From positions 62,001 through 126,000 of the forward strand of contig ADNK01000875.1 of NCBI GenBank assembly GCA_000320545.1: a DNA stretch of 64,000 nt. The letters run 5' to 3'. Positions 24,593 to 38,438 of this stretch are shown here, in pieces. The DNA comes from Bigelowiella natans CCMP2755. Lineage: Eukaryota > Protista > Cercozoa. Made by a program: the position numbers and the translations under genes. The notes below the pieces were generated by a model. The model had not been told where the DNA came from, searched no databases, and was given only the letters and a program-made list of their open reading frames with translations. How positions within the stretch are numbered: the first letter of the stretch is position 1; each line of letters begins with the position of its first letter.

Positions 24593-24928
24593 ATGAACGA
24601 ACACGAAAACAAAATTGTTGAGAAGGGAAACGCTGACAAGGAAAAATTTGAGGAATTCACAATAAGAATAGCGTCCACGAATACAAAAGAACAAAAGCCT
24701 TCCCTGAATGCGAACAAAAAGGGACTCACGTCGACTCAAAAGAAAAAAGATTCATACTATCCTTACGGCAAATACCTGAATGTGTCCGAGCATCGATCTA
24801 GAGAAGCGCTAAGACGCATGCGCTGTGATAAAGAAGGCAAAATATTCAAACCGCGTAAATGGAAAGCGAAGAAAAACGGTATTAGTGTGGGTTATGGTGG
24901 ATTTGATGAGCACGTGCAAGATGTCTAG
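24593..24928 (+). CDS. Hypothetical small basic protein
   Basis: Single Lys-rich ORF divergent from UPB1; no family recognised. Confidence 0.4.
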   Translation: MNEHENKIVEKGNADKEKFEEFTIRIASTNTKEQKPSLNANKKGLTSTQKKKDSYYPYGKYLNVSEHRSREALRRMRCDKEGKIFKPRKWKAKKNGISVGYGGFDEHVQDV

Positions 24929-26017
24929 GGTGACAACGAATTGCTGGCACATTCAGGAGTTTCTGAAGCATACAGTTACCTCTGCTGCCCCTAAATCACG
25001 CTAGTACTACGTTGATTCGATACGGTATGTTCTAAAGTACAAGACCACTTGAAATGCATTATACTACACCAGGCCTGCGGCTTAGACGTGCACATAATAG
25101 GAGGCGCATTCTCATCCTCACTAGTTTCACATCTCTGAGTCTAACGTGACCTCATGCCAAAGGAATAACCATTTCATCCTTCAATAGAATTATCAAGAGA
25201 TGGTGGTGCAGATTTTCATTGAAGCCTCAGGATTTTTATGAGTTTGGCACCAGCTAGCAGCACATGCGAAGCACTGTGCTCCGACATCGCTCCGATCTGT
25301 TAATCATCGGAATTCTGATGAGCGACATCCAAACACGTGATTTTTCATGATGTGCATTCTGTGCAAGTCAGACTGAATACATGCACCACACTGATCACGC
25401 AAACAGCGCATGGCTTGCAGACAAAAAAACGTCAAACGGCTACACGCACAGAGCGATGAACACCTAGCAAATGATCGACAAAGTGATCACATACACGTTG
25501 TTCACACCGTCGCACGAAGCATGTGTTCAGCAAGCACACGCCAAACTGCATGGATGCGGTTGCATTTGTCACATTTTCGCGACGACCCCATTTTGTTGGG
25601 CTAGCTAGCTGGGTCTAGAGTCCAGGGGTGCATGTGTGCATTGCTAGATTGGCACCATCAAATTTTGAAAGGAAGTAGCGTCATTGATCCTCACAACCTC
25701 GCGTTCACACAAACACATGCACACACACACACACACACCGATTTGGATCGAAATGCATGCATGGCATGTTCTGAGGCAACACCAGCCATTCCGTCATCCT
25801 CTGGAATGTCAGCCACAGTTGCGTCGTACAGAGTACATGATTACGACAGTACATTTCAATCGATGTTCTGAATTCCAACAATGTAGATGAGCATGACTTC
25901 AAGAGACAGTCTTTCCGTCCTCAGCTCGTATTTTTTCATCCTCTTTCTTGCACCCCTTTTCATTTGTGCTATTTTTTGCGTCCATGGAGACCTTAAGATG
26001 GAAATTAATGCATCAAA

Positions 26018-26596
26018 TCATTGGAAGTTTAACAAGATCGTGATCAACATAGACATCTGATTACCAAAACTAAACTTCCATACCTCTGCTAACTCCCCTT
26101 TTTCTTTCATAACCCTTTTGAGATATTCAACAACCATTTTTCGTTCATTTTTACTAGCCTCATCCATGGCAGTTGATCCATTAGCATTCTTATGATGAAC
26201 ATCGGCTTTGCATTTCTCAACTAAGTAACGTACGATCTCGCAACAGCCACTCGATGCAGCCCACAAAAGAGGAGTAAAACCATAGCTGTCAACATGGTTG
26301 GGGTTAGCTTTGCAATTTTCCACTAGATACTGGACGATCTTCAGGTTGCCATCAAAGTAAAGCAGTGAGAAGACTGGCGTTGCGCCCTTGTTATTTTTGT
26401 CGTGAACATCTGCGTCAGCCTTTTCGACCAGATAACGAATGATGTCTAGATTTCCGTAGTTTGCGGCATAGAACAAAGGAGTACACCCATCCTTATCTTT
26501 CTGATCGGCATTGGATCCCTCCTTCTCGATCAATCGCTTTACCTCTTCGAGATCTCGTTTGTATCCTGCCGCGCTGTGCAAAAGATCCTCGGCCAT
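26018..26596 (-). CDS. Ankyrin repeat protein
   Basis: Repeated G.TPL..AA..G...IVRYLVE motifs (about 5 repeats); probable ATG 26596; 3' end may be spliced. Confidence 0.9.
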   Translation of the reverse strand: MAEDLLHSAAGYKRDLEEVKRLIEKEGSNADQKDKDGCTPLFYAANYGNLDIIRYLVEKADADVHDKNNKGATPVFSLLYFDGNLKIVQYLVENCKANPNHVDSYGFTPLLWAASSGCCEIVRYLVEKCKADVHHKNANGSTAMDEASKNERKMVVEYLKRVMKEKGELAEVWKFSFGNQMSMLITILLNFQ

Positions 26597-26754
26597 TTGC
26601 ACGCGGCTCGCACTGGCGAGTTTTCGTACGGGCAGTTTCGTAGGAGTTGCATGAATATTTTTTGTCGCAGCATCCGATTCGAGGAGATTCACTTTGCAGT
26701 ACGCAACCTGCACACAGCCAACAATAATTGATGATCGTGGGCCTGGGCATGCTG

Positions 26755-28484
26755 ATGTCCAACCCGGATGAGGAATTCGAGAAGTCGATTCCAACAACAC
26801 CAAGCACAATGCATGGTGCTAAGAAGGGGAAAATGCCAAATGATGCAATGCAGGGGCAGAGCTACAGGGCGCTGAACGAATCGATTAATTGTCAAGAATC
26901 ACACTCGGTTTGCATGTGTGGGTGTGCGTGCTATTTCTTTTTCATCTTTCAATGATGATTGATAATCTTAGCGTTCACATGTACACAACGTGCACGGTGG
27001 GTAGATGTTCAAGGACAGTCAGGTGCTGTTGGAAAGAAAAATAAAAACTGATGAAATGGTGGATTTTCAAGGACCAGAGAAGCTCTTTGTAAAAAACGTG
27101 TACGTGTCCACATTTTAGCGTTATTCGTGTCCGCGTGAACCAAACGAAATTTCAGGTTTATCCCTTATGTGGGCGATGTGCAGACTGCAGAGCAAAAATT
27201 CATCCTACGAGTCGAATTCGACTTCTGCTGGCGTGCAACCCAAGATGACATTAAGGTGTATGTCATCGTATCCAAGTATGAAATAAATTGCATGGAACCT
27301 TGCTCAACACACTTATTAGTAGGCATGGTCAATTCTCCGGAAGGAAGAGAAAAGAGAATATTTTCCTGTGAGCTACCAGCCCCAGATCAAAATTCACAAC
27401 GCCTGCGATCTGCAAAGATGTCAATTGGTGATACAAGACACTGGTGGGCTATACAAGATACAGGACGTTGATGAACATCATGGGACGAAGATGTACATGT
27501 GTTTGATTTTTCCAATCCAAATACATAAACATAAGAGGGACTGAAAAGTGTAAATATTTCATTCATAAATTCCTACTTATCTCTTCTCACACATTCAGGA
27601 ATTTTTGTCGTTTTGAAGTTCATGCGACCTTTTTACTATGTACGTGCATTCTGTGAGGGAGGTGATGTCTCAAGTTTTGACGCACTGTGTGTAAATTTAT
27701 GTTAGCATCCAAGACAGAAAACTTTCCGTTTGATACGCAGGAGCTTCGAATTATTCTAGGTCTTTCATTCCAGACAGTGGATGAGTGGTGCTTTGCTCCA
27801 TTAAATGAACACGAAGATGTTGTGCATATGATGCAAGAACACAACGTTATCAATTCATGGATCATTATGGGTACGAGTATGAAGATGTACGCTGGTTCCA
27901 GAAACTCTCCATTTTGTCACACGACATTATTTCTACGGAGGAAGCCATGGAATGTTGTGTGGAACAAATTTCTGTTGGTCAGCTTTCTATCTTCTTGTGG
28001 CATGGCAGGGTTTTCAATTGCAAATAGAGCAGATCGGATGGCATACTTAATTTTACTTTTATTTTCCACTGTCGTGATGCAAGTTGCAACTAGCAACACG
28101 TTGACCAACAGTCCAAGACCCTCATTCGCAGATTTTGTGATGCTGTCCGGAACAGCATTTACGACCGCTTTGATTATTGAAACAGGTTTTGATTTTTAAC
28201 GCTTGAATCTGAAGAGTTGAGTTGTTTATTCGGTTATGTTTGTTCAGCCTCTTTCAGAGAGAATGAAGACGGGGATTTACAAGATGCAAGGTCAACTAAA
28301 ATGTGAGCGACATGTTGTGGGTGGGATGGCAAGGGAATTTCTGCAGATGGTTGCGTGATAAACAAACCTTCATAGTTACGTTCTGACGCTCTTTAGGTAT
28401 TGGTGGATATTCGGAGTGTTGTACGTTATTTTGCATAGCTCTTTCTGTATTTGGGCATTGAAGCTTATCAGAAGCACGTATTAA
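26755..28484 (+). CDS. Cys-less pentameric ligand-gated ion channel (Pro-loop) family protein, multi-exon
   Basis: VGDVQTAEQKF..W, NFPFDTQEL, LRRKP followed by four hydrophobic segments (DRMAY..LLFSTV, P..SFAD); start uncertain. Confidence 0.75.
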
Positions 28485-28919
28485 CTAGTGCGCTGCAGAA
28501 AGCATACAGTTATTTGTGTTTTAATGCCGCCCCGACGAGTGCGGCTGAAGCCGCGTAATGGTTTGATTCATTAAAATGCACACTTAGTAGTTGACTATTT
28601 TTGAACGACGTAAAGGATTTATCGACCACATGAAATCACATAATAGAGCACTATTCTGAGATATCTTCTCATTGTAACCCAATTTAGATCCAGTAGCATA
28701 GAGCAATGAATTTAGCTAACGAGAATTGATGGCATATAGTAGCATTGTGCATAAATGTGCATGTTCTAGATTGACAAACAATACATGAGATAGCTCATAG
28801 CTTACATTGTATGCATTCTGCACAGCACTAATATGGTGGAAGTGTGTCTATCATGCTAGGGCAGCCACAGTTTGACGCCATGACAAGCACTGTGTCGCAC
28901 ATTCGATGCTCAATGTTGC

Positions 28920-29370
28920 ATGAGATGGATGTAATGAACATGTGAAAAATTTTCTAGCGTCATCCTAATGTAGCCTTGCAATGCTGTGGCTACGCGCGCA
29001 CAGTTTGCATTTGTCTGTCTCCGCTAGCTCTGCAGAGCTAGCCTAGCTATGTGGATCTTGCATGCAAATGCTATTGCTCACATTGTTGCAGGAGGACACA
29101 AGTCATTACATGGGAGACTAACAGATTCAACATTAGCGCTGTAGCCGCTGCATTGCATAGCTACTTTGTTGAGGATGACCATTGAACAAATTCAATTGAC
29201 ATGTGGGACGGATGTCAGGAACAAATCAAGCAAATTCTTTCAATTGTCATCGCAAGATTTCACCTACTAATTACACAAATGACAACGCTGTAGCCGCCGC
29301 TTTGCATAGCTACATTAGGTTGTTGACTATTGAAAAGATTTAATCACTTCATCACACCGTACCCGTCTCG
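28920..29370. repeat. Three copies of a short (~85 bp) dispersed SINE-like repeat
   Basis: Consensus GCTGTAGCC..GC.TTGCATAGCTACATTAGGATGAC.ATTGAAAA...CGTCTCA at 28920-28995(-), 29138-29200(+) and 29287-29370(+). Confidence 0.75.
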
Positions 29371-29765
29371 CAAAGGACAACATATCTCTATAGCTACAGC
29401 GATGTGATGTAGTACCCACAAGACAGTCCGTAGTTAGTAGTTGTTTGAGCGATGTCCCGTTGCAAACACATTTGTATCCTGCTACTACCGAAAGACAATG
29501 CTAGAGCGCACGTAGTTGACAATCTGTGCACTGAACGCAGACTAGTGAACCAGTTTGCACAGACGCAGTTTGTGTAGAGTTTCACTGGCTTCCACAGCGT
29601 GCGCAGTCGTACATGTGCATTTTGCTTGAACAAAGAGTATGCGGAGCACATATAGTCATTTCTTGATGAGCTAGGATCCAACTTTAAATGAAATATTACA
29701 TTCAGATTTTGCACGCATTGTTGCGATGGCTCATGCACTCCTTGGTTCTTCTTCACTTCATATAT

Positions 29766-31194
29766 TTAGATTCGGATCTGGTAAGCACCAGCTTGTGTGA
29801 TATATCGAACCCATTTTGTCTAAAACATTTGAAATACAACGAAATACAACATGTTAAATAATTATTAGAAAGGTCGTTCGGATTATCAGAATATTTAGTT
29901 ACCGGCTTGTATCTTTCGAGGACTTGGAGGAATCGCACATGTAAGCCAGAGGAACAATACATAGGCACTTGGAATTCTAGGAGAATGGGCGGCCTCACCC
30001 ATGGTTTATCTTGGACAGAGTGCAAGCGATTGACCTCAGCTTGGAGTCGATATCCATCGACAGTTCCTGGGAACCTCTTGAATTTCCAAACAATTGCTTG
30101 ATGTGTCGGGTGGTATTTCGCTTTGCCGCCCTTGACCTTAATTTGCTTCGCTTTTGCTGTTGCGTTCTCAGGTACAGGAATTTTCACCAGCACATTTGTT
30201 GCAAATAGTTTCTCACTAAAATTAGGCTTGATTTCAATGTCGTACTCGACACGATTACGGCCCCGCTCGTTGACGATGGCGATGAGTTTGAAAGGAAGGC
30301 TAATATTGGACGTAATGCGGTACTTCATGAGCTCGAACTCACCGTCTGGCGGGGTGAATGAGATGGTTCGATCTTGATCAAACTTACCCAAACGGACGCA
30401 TCGATGGAAAGTTATATCGTCGATTACAATCCCCTTAGTATTTCTCTTTGCGTTGGGATTTCGTTCGAGGCGGACCTTATCGTTCAGACCAAACTTGCAA
30501 GTCGGCATGCCGGACAAGCAAGTCTTCATGATAACAGAACCCGACACATCTGATCGAAGCACACCCCCTTTCTGAGAAAGTAGAAGATTTACACGCTCCA
30601 GAACATCAATATAAATCTCATTCTTCTGGTACACGAGGCCCGTTGGCCTCCAATCTTGGACCCCTGTGATAGCTTTAGTCAACTTTCCCTTCAATTTAGT
30701 ATCATCGCCATCTTGCGGCTTCGCAGTACCCATTTGAATGAATTTTGATAATATAGTCGTGGAGGTCAGCTGGGGGTATCCATTGTCGACAATTTCATCA
30801 AGTAATTCATAAATCAGCACGAAGTTGTCCCTGCAATGATAGGAATATTAGGAGAAGGTTGGTGTCTCTGAAAAACTATATTCTACCTGATGACTTCCTT
30901 CGAGAGCTTCGGAACATTGAAGTACTCCTTGAACAGCTTTGCGAGAGCAAAGAGGAACTCAAACACAAGGGTAGGGTTAACGTTCTCGCTAACAGTGCCA
31001 ACCAAGTAGATGCTATCACATTGCGTAACAAGGAAGGTGACTCCATCGATACGGACAATAGGTTTGGTGATGCTTTTCGTGGCAACAACTTTGTGGCGAA
31101 ATGCCCTAATTGCCTGCCTGCCCACATCAGACCGATAATGGCGCTCTAACAGCCGATCACCATTTTCTTGGCAGAGGAACACGGCGGAAATCAT
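29766..31194 (-). CDS. AP2M1: AP-2 complex subunit mu
   Basis: MISAVF...YRSDVGRQAIRAFR, LIYELLDEIVDNGYPQ, LSGMPTCKFGLND, ISFTPPDGEFELMKYR, KWVRYITQAG; two short introns. Confidence 0.95.
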
Positions 31195-32429
31195 AGCTCC
31201 TTGTAACGAACTCTAAAGCTGTTCCACCTTCGTAATATGCCGCCTAAAGAATAAATTTTATCCATAATAACAAAATGATATTATCCACATTGATATTAGT
31301 GAAACTTTGCAGGTATGAACACAGGCACACAGGTGGGTGATGTATCCATCGCAATTGGAAATCAACCACGCCAAAAATAACTCCATTTTTTTTAACCATT
31401 CCCCACCCCTGCAACAGACTGCTATTTCTACAAGTTCATAATCATGTTATTCGTGTGTTGCCGTGTGCTGATGTACTTCGGCTGCTGAACAACGTGATTA
31501 GGGGAGAATAATGAGGGGAACCTAGATAGTTTCAAACTGTTGGCCTCCAGCCGCAGTGTGGAGATTAAGAAAACGAGATGCTTTTTCTTTCTACGTCAAG
31601 CATATATCCTTTGTCGTAATAAAGCAACATAGATTATTTGGCTTTTGTCATAGATCTACCATAGACTGCGATGAAGTCAATCTCATGTTCATCAGAAGTA
31701 AATATTTTGATGTATTTTTGCATGAGAATCAAACAGAAGGAAAATATCAACTTTTTATCAATAAATCCATGCAAATCCCTTGTAATAATATGTTAAGCTC
31801 ATTATTGAAGTTCGATTTAGCTCTGAAATCTTAGGATTGTTCATGTTATGTTTCAGTCTTAATGTAAGACAACTAACATATAAGTTGATAGTCATATCCT
31901 CCCTATTTTTGTATGTGACATGCAGACCTATGGAAACATACGTGACATTGCCACAATTTTGTTAGAATTTGGCGGTGATATTTTCGCCAAATTATTTCTG
32001 AATCCATTGAGTAAGAATGACGGCATTTGCAGCGAACAGCGGATGAATCGGAATCCATCAAAATTATGTCTTACGTCAATACTTTTTTGTGAGAGAACCC
32101 TATTTTCATATTCGTTCAGACCAAGCAGGTGAACAGCCAAAACCCGGATAACGCTCAAAAATTCCATTTAAATCTCACAGTTTGATGAATATTAGGATGT
32201 TCAAAGGATATTCTTTCAATTTTACTTCAATTTTCAATACAAATATATCTGAATCTACATTCTGCAAACACCAACGCCATTATTTCCGACGAAGGCAGCA
32301 TCCATCTCGATTGCCTCCTCTGTCTGAACCTTAGCGTTTAGAGGTATCATTGTGGGTTAAAAAAAGAAAGAATGGGTCAGAATTGAGGATGGCTTTATAC
32401 CACAATACAATCTAATTAGAAGGAAATTG

Positions 32430-34264
32430 CCCCGTAGATTCACGGGCGGTCGTGTTATCCCTGGCTGGGTTACTATGAAGTTGCATGGATCGGTGACATC
32501 CCTGGAGGTATGAAGTATGATGTAGACTATCTTTGTAGTTTTAAAAAGGTACATTGTCGCTTGTAGGGTGGATCGAATTTTGCAACTCAAACGGTCAACA
32601 CAATAGTTCAGTCGGGCATCTTCGAGGGTACAGGAGTTAATGTTCTTAAGGTTAATTTCGATCACCGTTAAGGCAAAATACTGTCAATTTTTTAACTCTC
32701 CATGACTGATTATTCGAGTAGGGATGCACTTTGGTCGAGAGTTCATTCGATATATTTATCCAGGTGAACATCACGATTGTTGCATGCATACAACCAAGTC
32801 GACAACACGGATAAGAATTACATTTTTAGTTTTTGATTAACAGGGTATTCTCGGCTTGTTAGCTTTCACAACTCTTTTTGCAAAGCGATATATGGAATCG
32901 CCTCGACGCCCATTCGTGGTGAGAATCAATCAAATTCTTCTCTCGGCAAAAGTTAATATGTGCATCGATAATTTTTTTAAGTCTGCATAATTCGCAAAAC
33001 ATCTAAAAAGAAAGTAGCGGACAATCTTATTTTCTAATAATGTCGTTGAAAGGTCTGGGGCTTCGATGCATCGAAACAGGCGGTTGCAGGAATGACTGTT
33101 CACATCCTAAACATCGGCATTGCAGAGTATCTCACACACGCAGTGGGAGCTGCAGCGCTCAAGGTAATTCTCATGGCATGTTCTGTTGAAGATGGCGATA
33201 ATTTATTTACTTCATCGTACGTACTCTTCTCTCATAATATTCCTATCTCCTTCCCTCTCTCTTTCTCTCTTTAGTCGGACGAGTGCGATTTCTACTTCGT
33301 GAATTTTGTAATCGACATTTTTGTTGGTGTCACCGCGACTTATTTGCTGTTGGCCATCGTGGGCGTTTTTGCTGAGAAATTTAACTACGAAATTCTTCGC
33401 ACAGGGTGAGATATGAGGAGTAGTAAGATATGAGGAGAGCGTAAAGAAGGGGAGCACGAATCTTGCCGAAAGAGTTACACAATAAATTTTACATTCACGA
33501 AACACTTGATTATACAACTACCTCAAAGATTTACATGTATCGCATTTTTGCACCACTCTCCCCTCGTAAGACTATGATTTCTGCTACTAATTACCCTATA
33601 TTGCTTTGGTGGAATAATGATTCATGTGCTCTGCTACTGTTACCCTTGATGCGTGTACGGCAGAGAATACGGCAATCCTCCATCCCCTACAGCCTTCTTT
33701 GCTCAGTTGGGAGTTTACATGCTTCTCACGGTGATGATCAAGGGTATACTCTTCTCCACCGAAGTGTTCTTACGTCCATACTTGGACGTTTGGGGCTATG
33801 TAATGTTTAATCGTTTTGATTCGTTCCCGAAACTGAAGCTAGTCTTCGTAATGATTGTCACCCCTTTCATCCTGAACTCGGTACAGAACTCTTTACAAAA
33901 AGAAAGTTAATTCACCAAAAATTTCGATAACACCGAAAATTTGCCCATGAAGTTTCTCTCCAATTTATCAGTACGTTTGTAATCCATTTTCTTTATCCAT
34001 TACGTGGTGGTGTCGAGAGTGGTGATTAATTATGTGAACCTGGTGCTATTAGTGTCATCATTTCAACAAATTACAAAATAACCTCCAACTTGTACCCACA
34101 TTTCATTATCCGCTTAGATTCAGTTTTGGATCATTGACTCACTTCTCAAGGGCAAATCAATCAACAATAAAGAGGAAGAGGAGCCAGATGAAGCAGTACA
34201 GGATGACCCTGAGTGCTCCATAGATACTATCTTCACAAAATCTACAGACTCCATGGTTGCATGA
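32430..34264 (+). CDS. STIMATE/TMEM110 (DUF3661)-like membrane protein; 5' end uncertain, may extend to ~31500
   Basis: LFAKRYMESPRRP, WGFDASKQ, DECDFYFVNFVID, GEYGNPP, KLVFVMIVTPFILNSIQFWIIDSLLK. Confidence 0.85.
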
Positions 34265-34269
34265 GAAAT

Positions 34270-35171
34270 TAGTTGTGTGGCTTTCTGATGCGCTGCTTTT
34301 GTGAGGAATTTCGTCAGTCAAACTTCATCATTGGTTGAGCATGAAATGTTCATTCATTTGTGATGTGCATGCTGCTGGGTGACAACCATGCTCCACACTT
34401 CATTTCCCTATGCTGCCCGCAGTAGCAAAAATTCCAAAAATGTACCACATGAAACTTTCCTCCAGCTGTGCTGGTGAAGGTGCAGACATGATCGAGGTTC
34501 GCATCCACGCAGCACAGAGCTGGCAGGGCTACTAGGCTAGCTAGCTAGAGGGGGCTGCAATGTCAGTGCAGACGTGCACAGTGCATTGTGTTTCACTGGT
34601 ATCGTCACGCACGCACGCACGATCGATCCAGTCGATGCACCAGCACTGGAGCAACACGAACACTCGCACTTGCTAGCTTGCTAGCTTGCTGAGCGAATCA
34701 CGTGCAAGCACCACACGTGAAAACTTGAAAACGACAAGCGATGACGTGTCGCCCTCCAGTCCCCCAGTCTGGCAGTTCTGCACACGTGCTGCACACGTGC
34801 ACGCACGTCTGGACTTGAATCACGTCACGACATCCTCGAACGATGCTGCCACATCTCAGATCTCTGGATCTGGACTTGCATCGTGGAGGTCGCCAAATGC
34901 CAACTTCTCAAATGAACCTGGAACATCGCAAAAGGAGGTTTTCTCCATCGGATTCGCACTCACGTGTCTTCAGGGAGGGATGATTCAAGGATGAAACATT
35001 GAAACATTGGAACACCGATCAAAGGATGAAGGTGCAAATGAAGTCCATGACGGAAGTGTGCCTGTTTGCTTGGTCTGCTCGGGACCATTTTCCATCGAAG
35101 AAACATCGACACTTGCAAATTCCAGATGGAATGTGCCAAGTCACCTGCATTTCCAATCTCACCAAGCATCC
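34270..35171. other. TpA-depleted intergenic zone
   Basis: No TA at all in 34684-35171; CTAG cluster at 34530-34550. Confidence 0.92.
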
Positions 35172-35862
35172 TATTACTGCAATGATTTTCTATTTTCTCT
35201 CTGCGACAAAGCATTTGGGCTACTTTCTGAGGGAAAAATGCAGTAAGTGAAAGAAGAATAGAGAGGAGCAAACGCGCACTTCTGACCCTCACCAACTCAG
35301 CACGCAACCCCCTCCGAACACACGCAATTGTTTCGTAATTTGGAAATGGGCGCATCCCTTGTCACTTCGCAGGCATCTGTTCAGCGCTATGTGAGTATAA
35401 TTTCCTCCGTCGGAGGGCCCACTGTGCAGTGCATCACATCGAATAATCACATGGATATTTAGTACGAAGAGCGAGCGATAAAACTTTAACCATCTCGTCT
35501 TTCCCCGAGATGTTTGCATTTTAATAAATTTCTTTGAAATTTTATTGGCAGAGCAAATATTTGCATGCACAGCAGAGTTCTTTTTTGGATAGCTTTCCAA
35601 AAGCTCTGCTGTTCAGCTACATAGTAGTGGGGTACTGTAGCATAAACGCCACGTGTTCGTCGGTAGGAGGTCAGGTAGCACCTTGCTAGATTATGACGAC
35701 ATCTACGTTCTATTAGGTACGTCCTGCTACGTGGGTGACGTACTGCAAAAGTTTTCAGTAAGAACCGAACGAAAATTTATACGTGTACACCTATCAACTT
35801 TCACACATCGTCTCGTCTTTGATTAATATGACCGGATTTCTGTGGTCTCAATTGCATAAGAC

Positions 35863-37072
35863 ATGGCAAGTTTTCTTCCCATCCTCCCACTTTTGTTCAT
35901 TTTTCTTTTCTTGATCCTCCTGCTATCTAGTGATGCAAAGATGCAATGGCATTTCGAGACGAAGGTGGCACATCGATATGTGCATGCGTGTACAATACGT
36001 ATGTGTGAGTGTGTGAGTGTGTGTGCGTGTGTGTGGAAACCTCCACAAATTTCCATTATTTGAATCATATAGATAAAGAAAAAGAAAGAAAATGTCGGAG
36101 AAGGGCTCATCGCCAAATCTGGGGCCAAAATCCGGTAACTGTCAACTGTCACCATATCGCAAATGCCTCGCACAACAAGCAACACAATGCCTAAGTGTGT
36201 ATCGGTGTTGTATATTACTTCATGCTGCCAATTTCTGCTCGTTGAATGATATTCACCGCTGGTTAGTTCGGCACGTTCTGGTCCTGGGTCTAGACGTGTA
36301 TCAAAGGGCAGCAGAGGAAAAAAATCATCCACCAAGCTCACTGCCAGAGTACAATTAGACTCGTTTCGGAACGATATGTTAGAAGAGGATACAGAAACTA
36401 CCGAAGTCGTTTTGATATGTTGCAAAAATAAATGTTGTGCCAGAAGTTGTTGTGCCAGAAGTAGACTCTTATCGATGATGTGCACAGGAACGCTTTTGCG
36501 AAAGCATAATATCTTTTTTGAAAAAGCATGTTGGCAAGGATAAGGAGCTACCGGAAGGTGTATCGCTCGCCAACACTCGCTTTCTCTCCCATCTCTTAAT
36601 TACAAACACTGCTACCACAATCAACAATAAGATGACGCAGCTACAAACATTTGTCATTATTATTTAAATGTCTTCCTTGTTTCCTTCGTTTGGCGTATGT
36701 AAATGATGTATTTAGGCACAGAGATATCGCGTTCGGGAAATGTGGTGACGGTGTCCCTCCTTACGGGCAGTGCAAGCTGGCTGAATGTCGTCGACTTCAC
36801 AGTTGAGAAGAATCCTTCCATTCAGCAGGTAGTTTTGGTTGTTTTAGTAGTAGGGTATATAGTTGCTGTGCCACTATGTAGAGAGCGCTCCTTGGTGATG
36901 TCGGTCTCTCTTATCCTTTGTTAGGGCGGCTATATAGTGAAGGCTAAGGCAAGCAGCACCGGTATACTGCCTATGTACGTCCCTCTGGCTCCTGGTAACG
37001 TTTCACTCACAATTTTTTTCTGTTATTTCTCTCTCTCCTGCATGCTCCAAGGCATACTGCTAGCTACCGTTA

Positions 37073-37110
<38 letters not shown>

Positions 37111-37720
37111 GCTCTGCTATCTACCACTCCCTTGTGCGTAAAAATGTAGTACCTAATGATATGATGAGGGAAGAATGTGAGAATCTGAATGTATCGTTGG
37201 TCATGCCATCTAGTGTGAATCCTCACGATCAGTTTTGTAACCAGTTGAAATAACTTTCTATAACTTTATATACACATATACATATAAACATCATTGTCGC
37301 AATCAACAACGTTGATGGATAAGAAATTTGCATGGTGTCACTCCGTTTTGAAAAGCTGTTTCCTTACTCGTATTTTCCTTCTTCCTGGTATTTTTAGTAT
37401 TCAATGTGGCATTATTCTGGACCCCTTTCCCTGACAATGGCTCGAATGAGCAAAACATCTCCCAGCTCGAGAAGGTGGATGAAGTACAGATGGTTTATGT
37501 GATATTATCCGCATCAAATTCGCTTTTTGGTTCGTGTGTAATTAGTGGTCTCCATGATTCCCCTGAATGATAAGATATTGTTGTAGTTTTAAATGAAAGT
37601 AATTTCAAGCATATCCTTAAGATTGGATTGAACATGCTAAATGACGAGACATGGATTTGTGTGTTTTACAGATTTTGATGGAGGAGAGAGACCAGTGGCA
37701 TGCAAGGAGAATTGATCTAG
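35863..37720 (+). CDS. Hypothetical secreted protein (multi-exon, poorly defined)
   Basis: Signal-peptide-like start MASFLPILPLLFIFLFLILLLSSDA and scattered exon-like segments. Confidence 0.3.
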
Positions 37721-38438
37721 CATAGTCGTAGAGTAACATATACACAAAGATGCCCAGTGGCCTCAGATATATGCTACTCCATAGAGAGCTACCGTGATAT
37801 ATAGTTCCCTTGAAAATTACCCAATGGTTGACTTTTTAAGTTGATGTTATATCATATACTGGTGATAAAAGTCGAATTCGGGGTAATATCTGCAGCTGTA
37901 ATGACCTTAATCGTTTATGAATGGAGCTACAGGATACCATTTTCTAATACACAAAAACACATCTGTATGCTATGTCTACACAAATCCGCCGAGCTACTGC
38001 TTGATCCAATGATGTCTCGAACCACATGTATATGCGCAGGCTACGCCTGTGAGATGCGGTTTGCGATCAGAGTGTGACTGGTGGTGTATGAAGTGCATCC
38101 CTCGACTATGTCTATTATCACTCCTCTTGTGGGACACATACTACAAGCATGCTACATTTGTATATGAAGCGCTAATTTTGCTGGCGCTTGTTGTCATAAA
38201 GGCAGCTTAGCCAGAATACACTTTACATCAAGATCATGTGGCGTGGCCGAAGGGCACTTCCGCTCGATGCGACCATTTTGCGTAGATTATTGCAAAAGGC
38301 CATTTTCATGATTAAAAATCAACAGAGACATTCTCGACGAGTAGCATAGTTTTCCAATGGCTATGAATCGGAGTGTGGACATGTTTGGTAGAAGTACTAT
38401 CGAGGATGATTTGCCATCTTTTCGGGCATAGTGCCTAT

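Noticed and set aside
32790-32845. Apparent non-canonical CC donor in the STIMATE-like gene
   Set aside because: An in-phase GT donor exists a few codons upstream; this cannot be resolved without RNA data.
31500-32930. Separate minus-strand gene
   Set aside because: 32844-32918 is a plus-strand STIMATE exon, and the rest gave no coherent minus-strand model.
34530-34550. CTAG clusters as Helitron 3' ends
   Set aside because: There is no consistent subterminal hairpin or shared upstream sequence, and CTAG is tandem and scattered.
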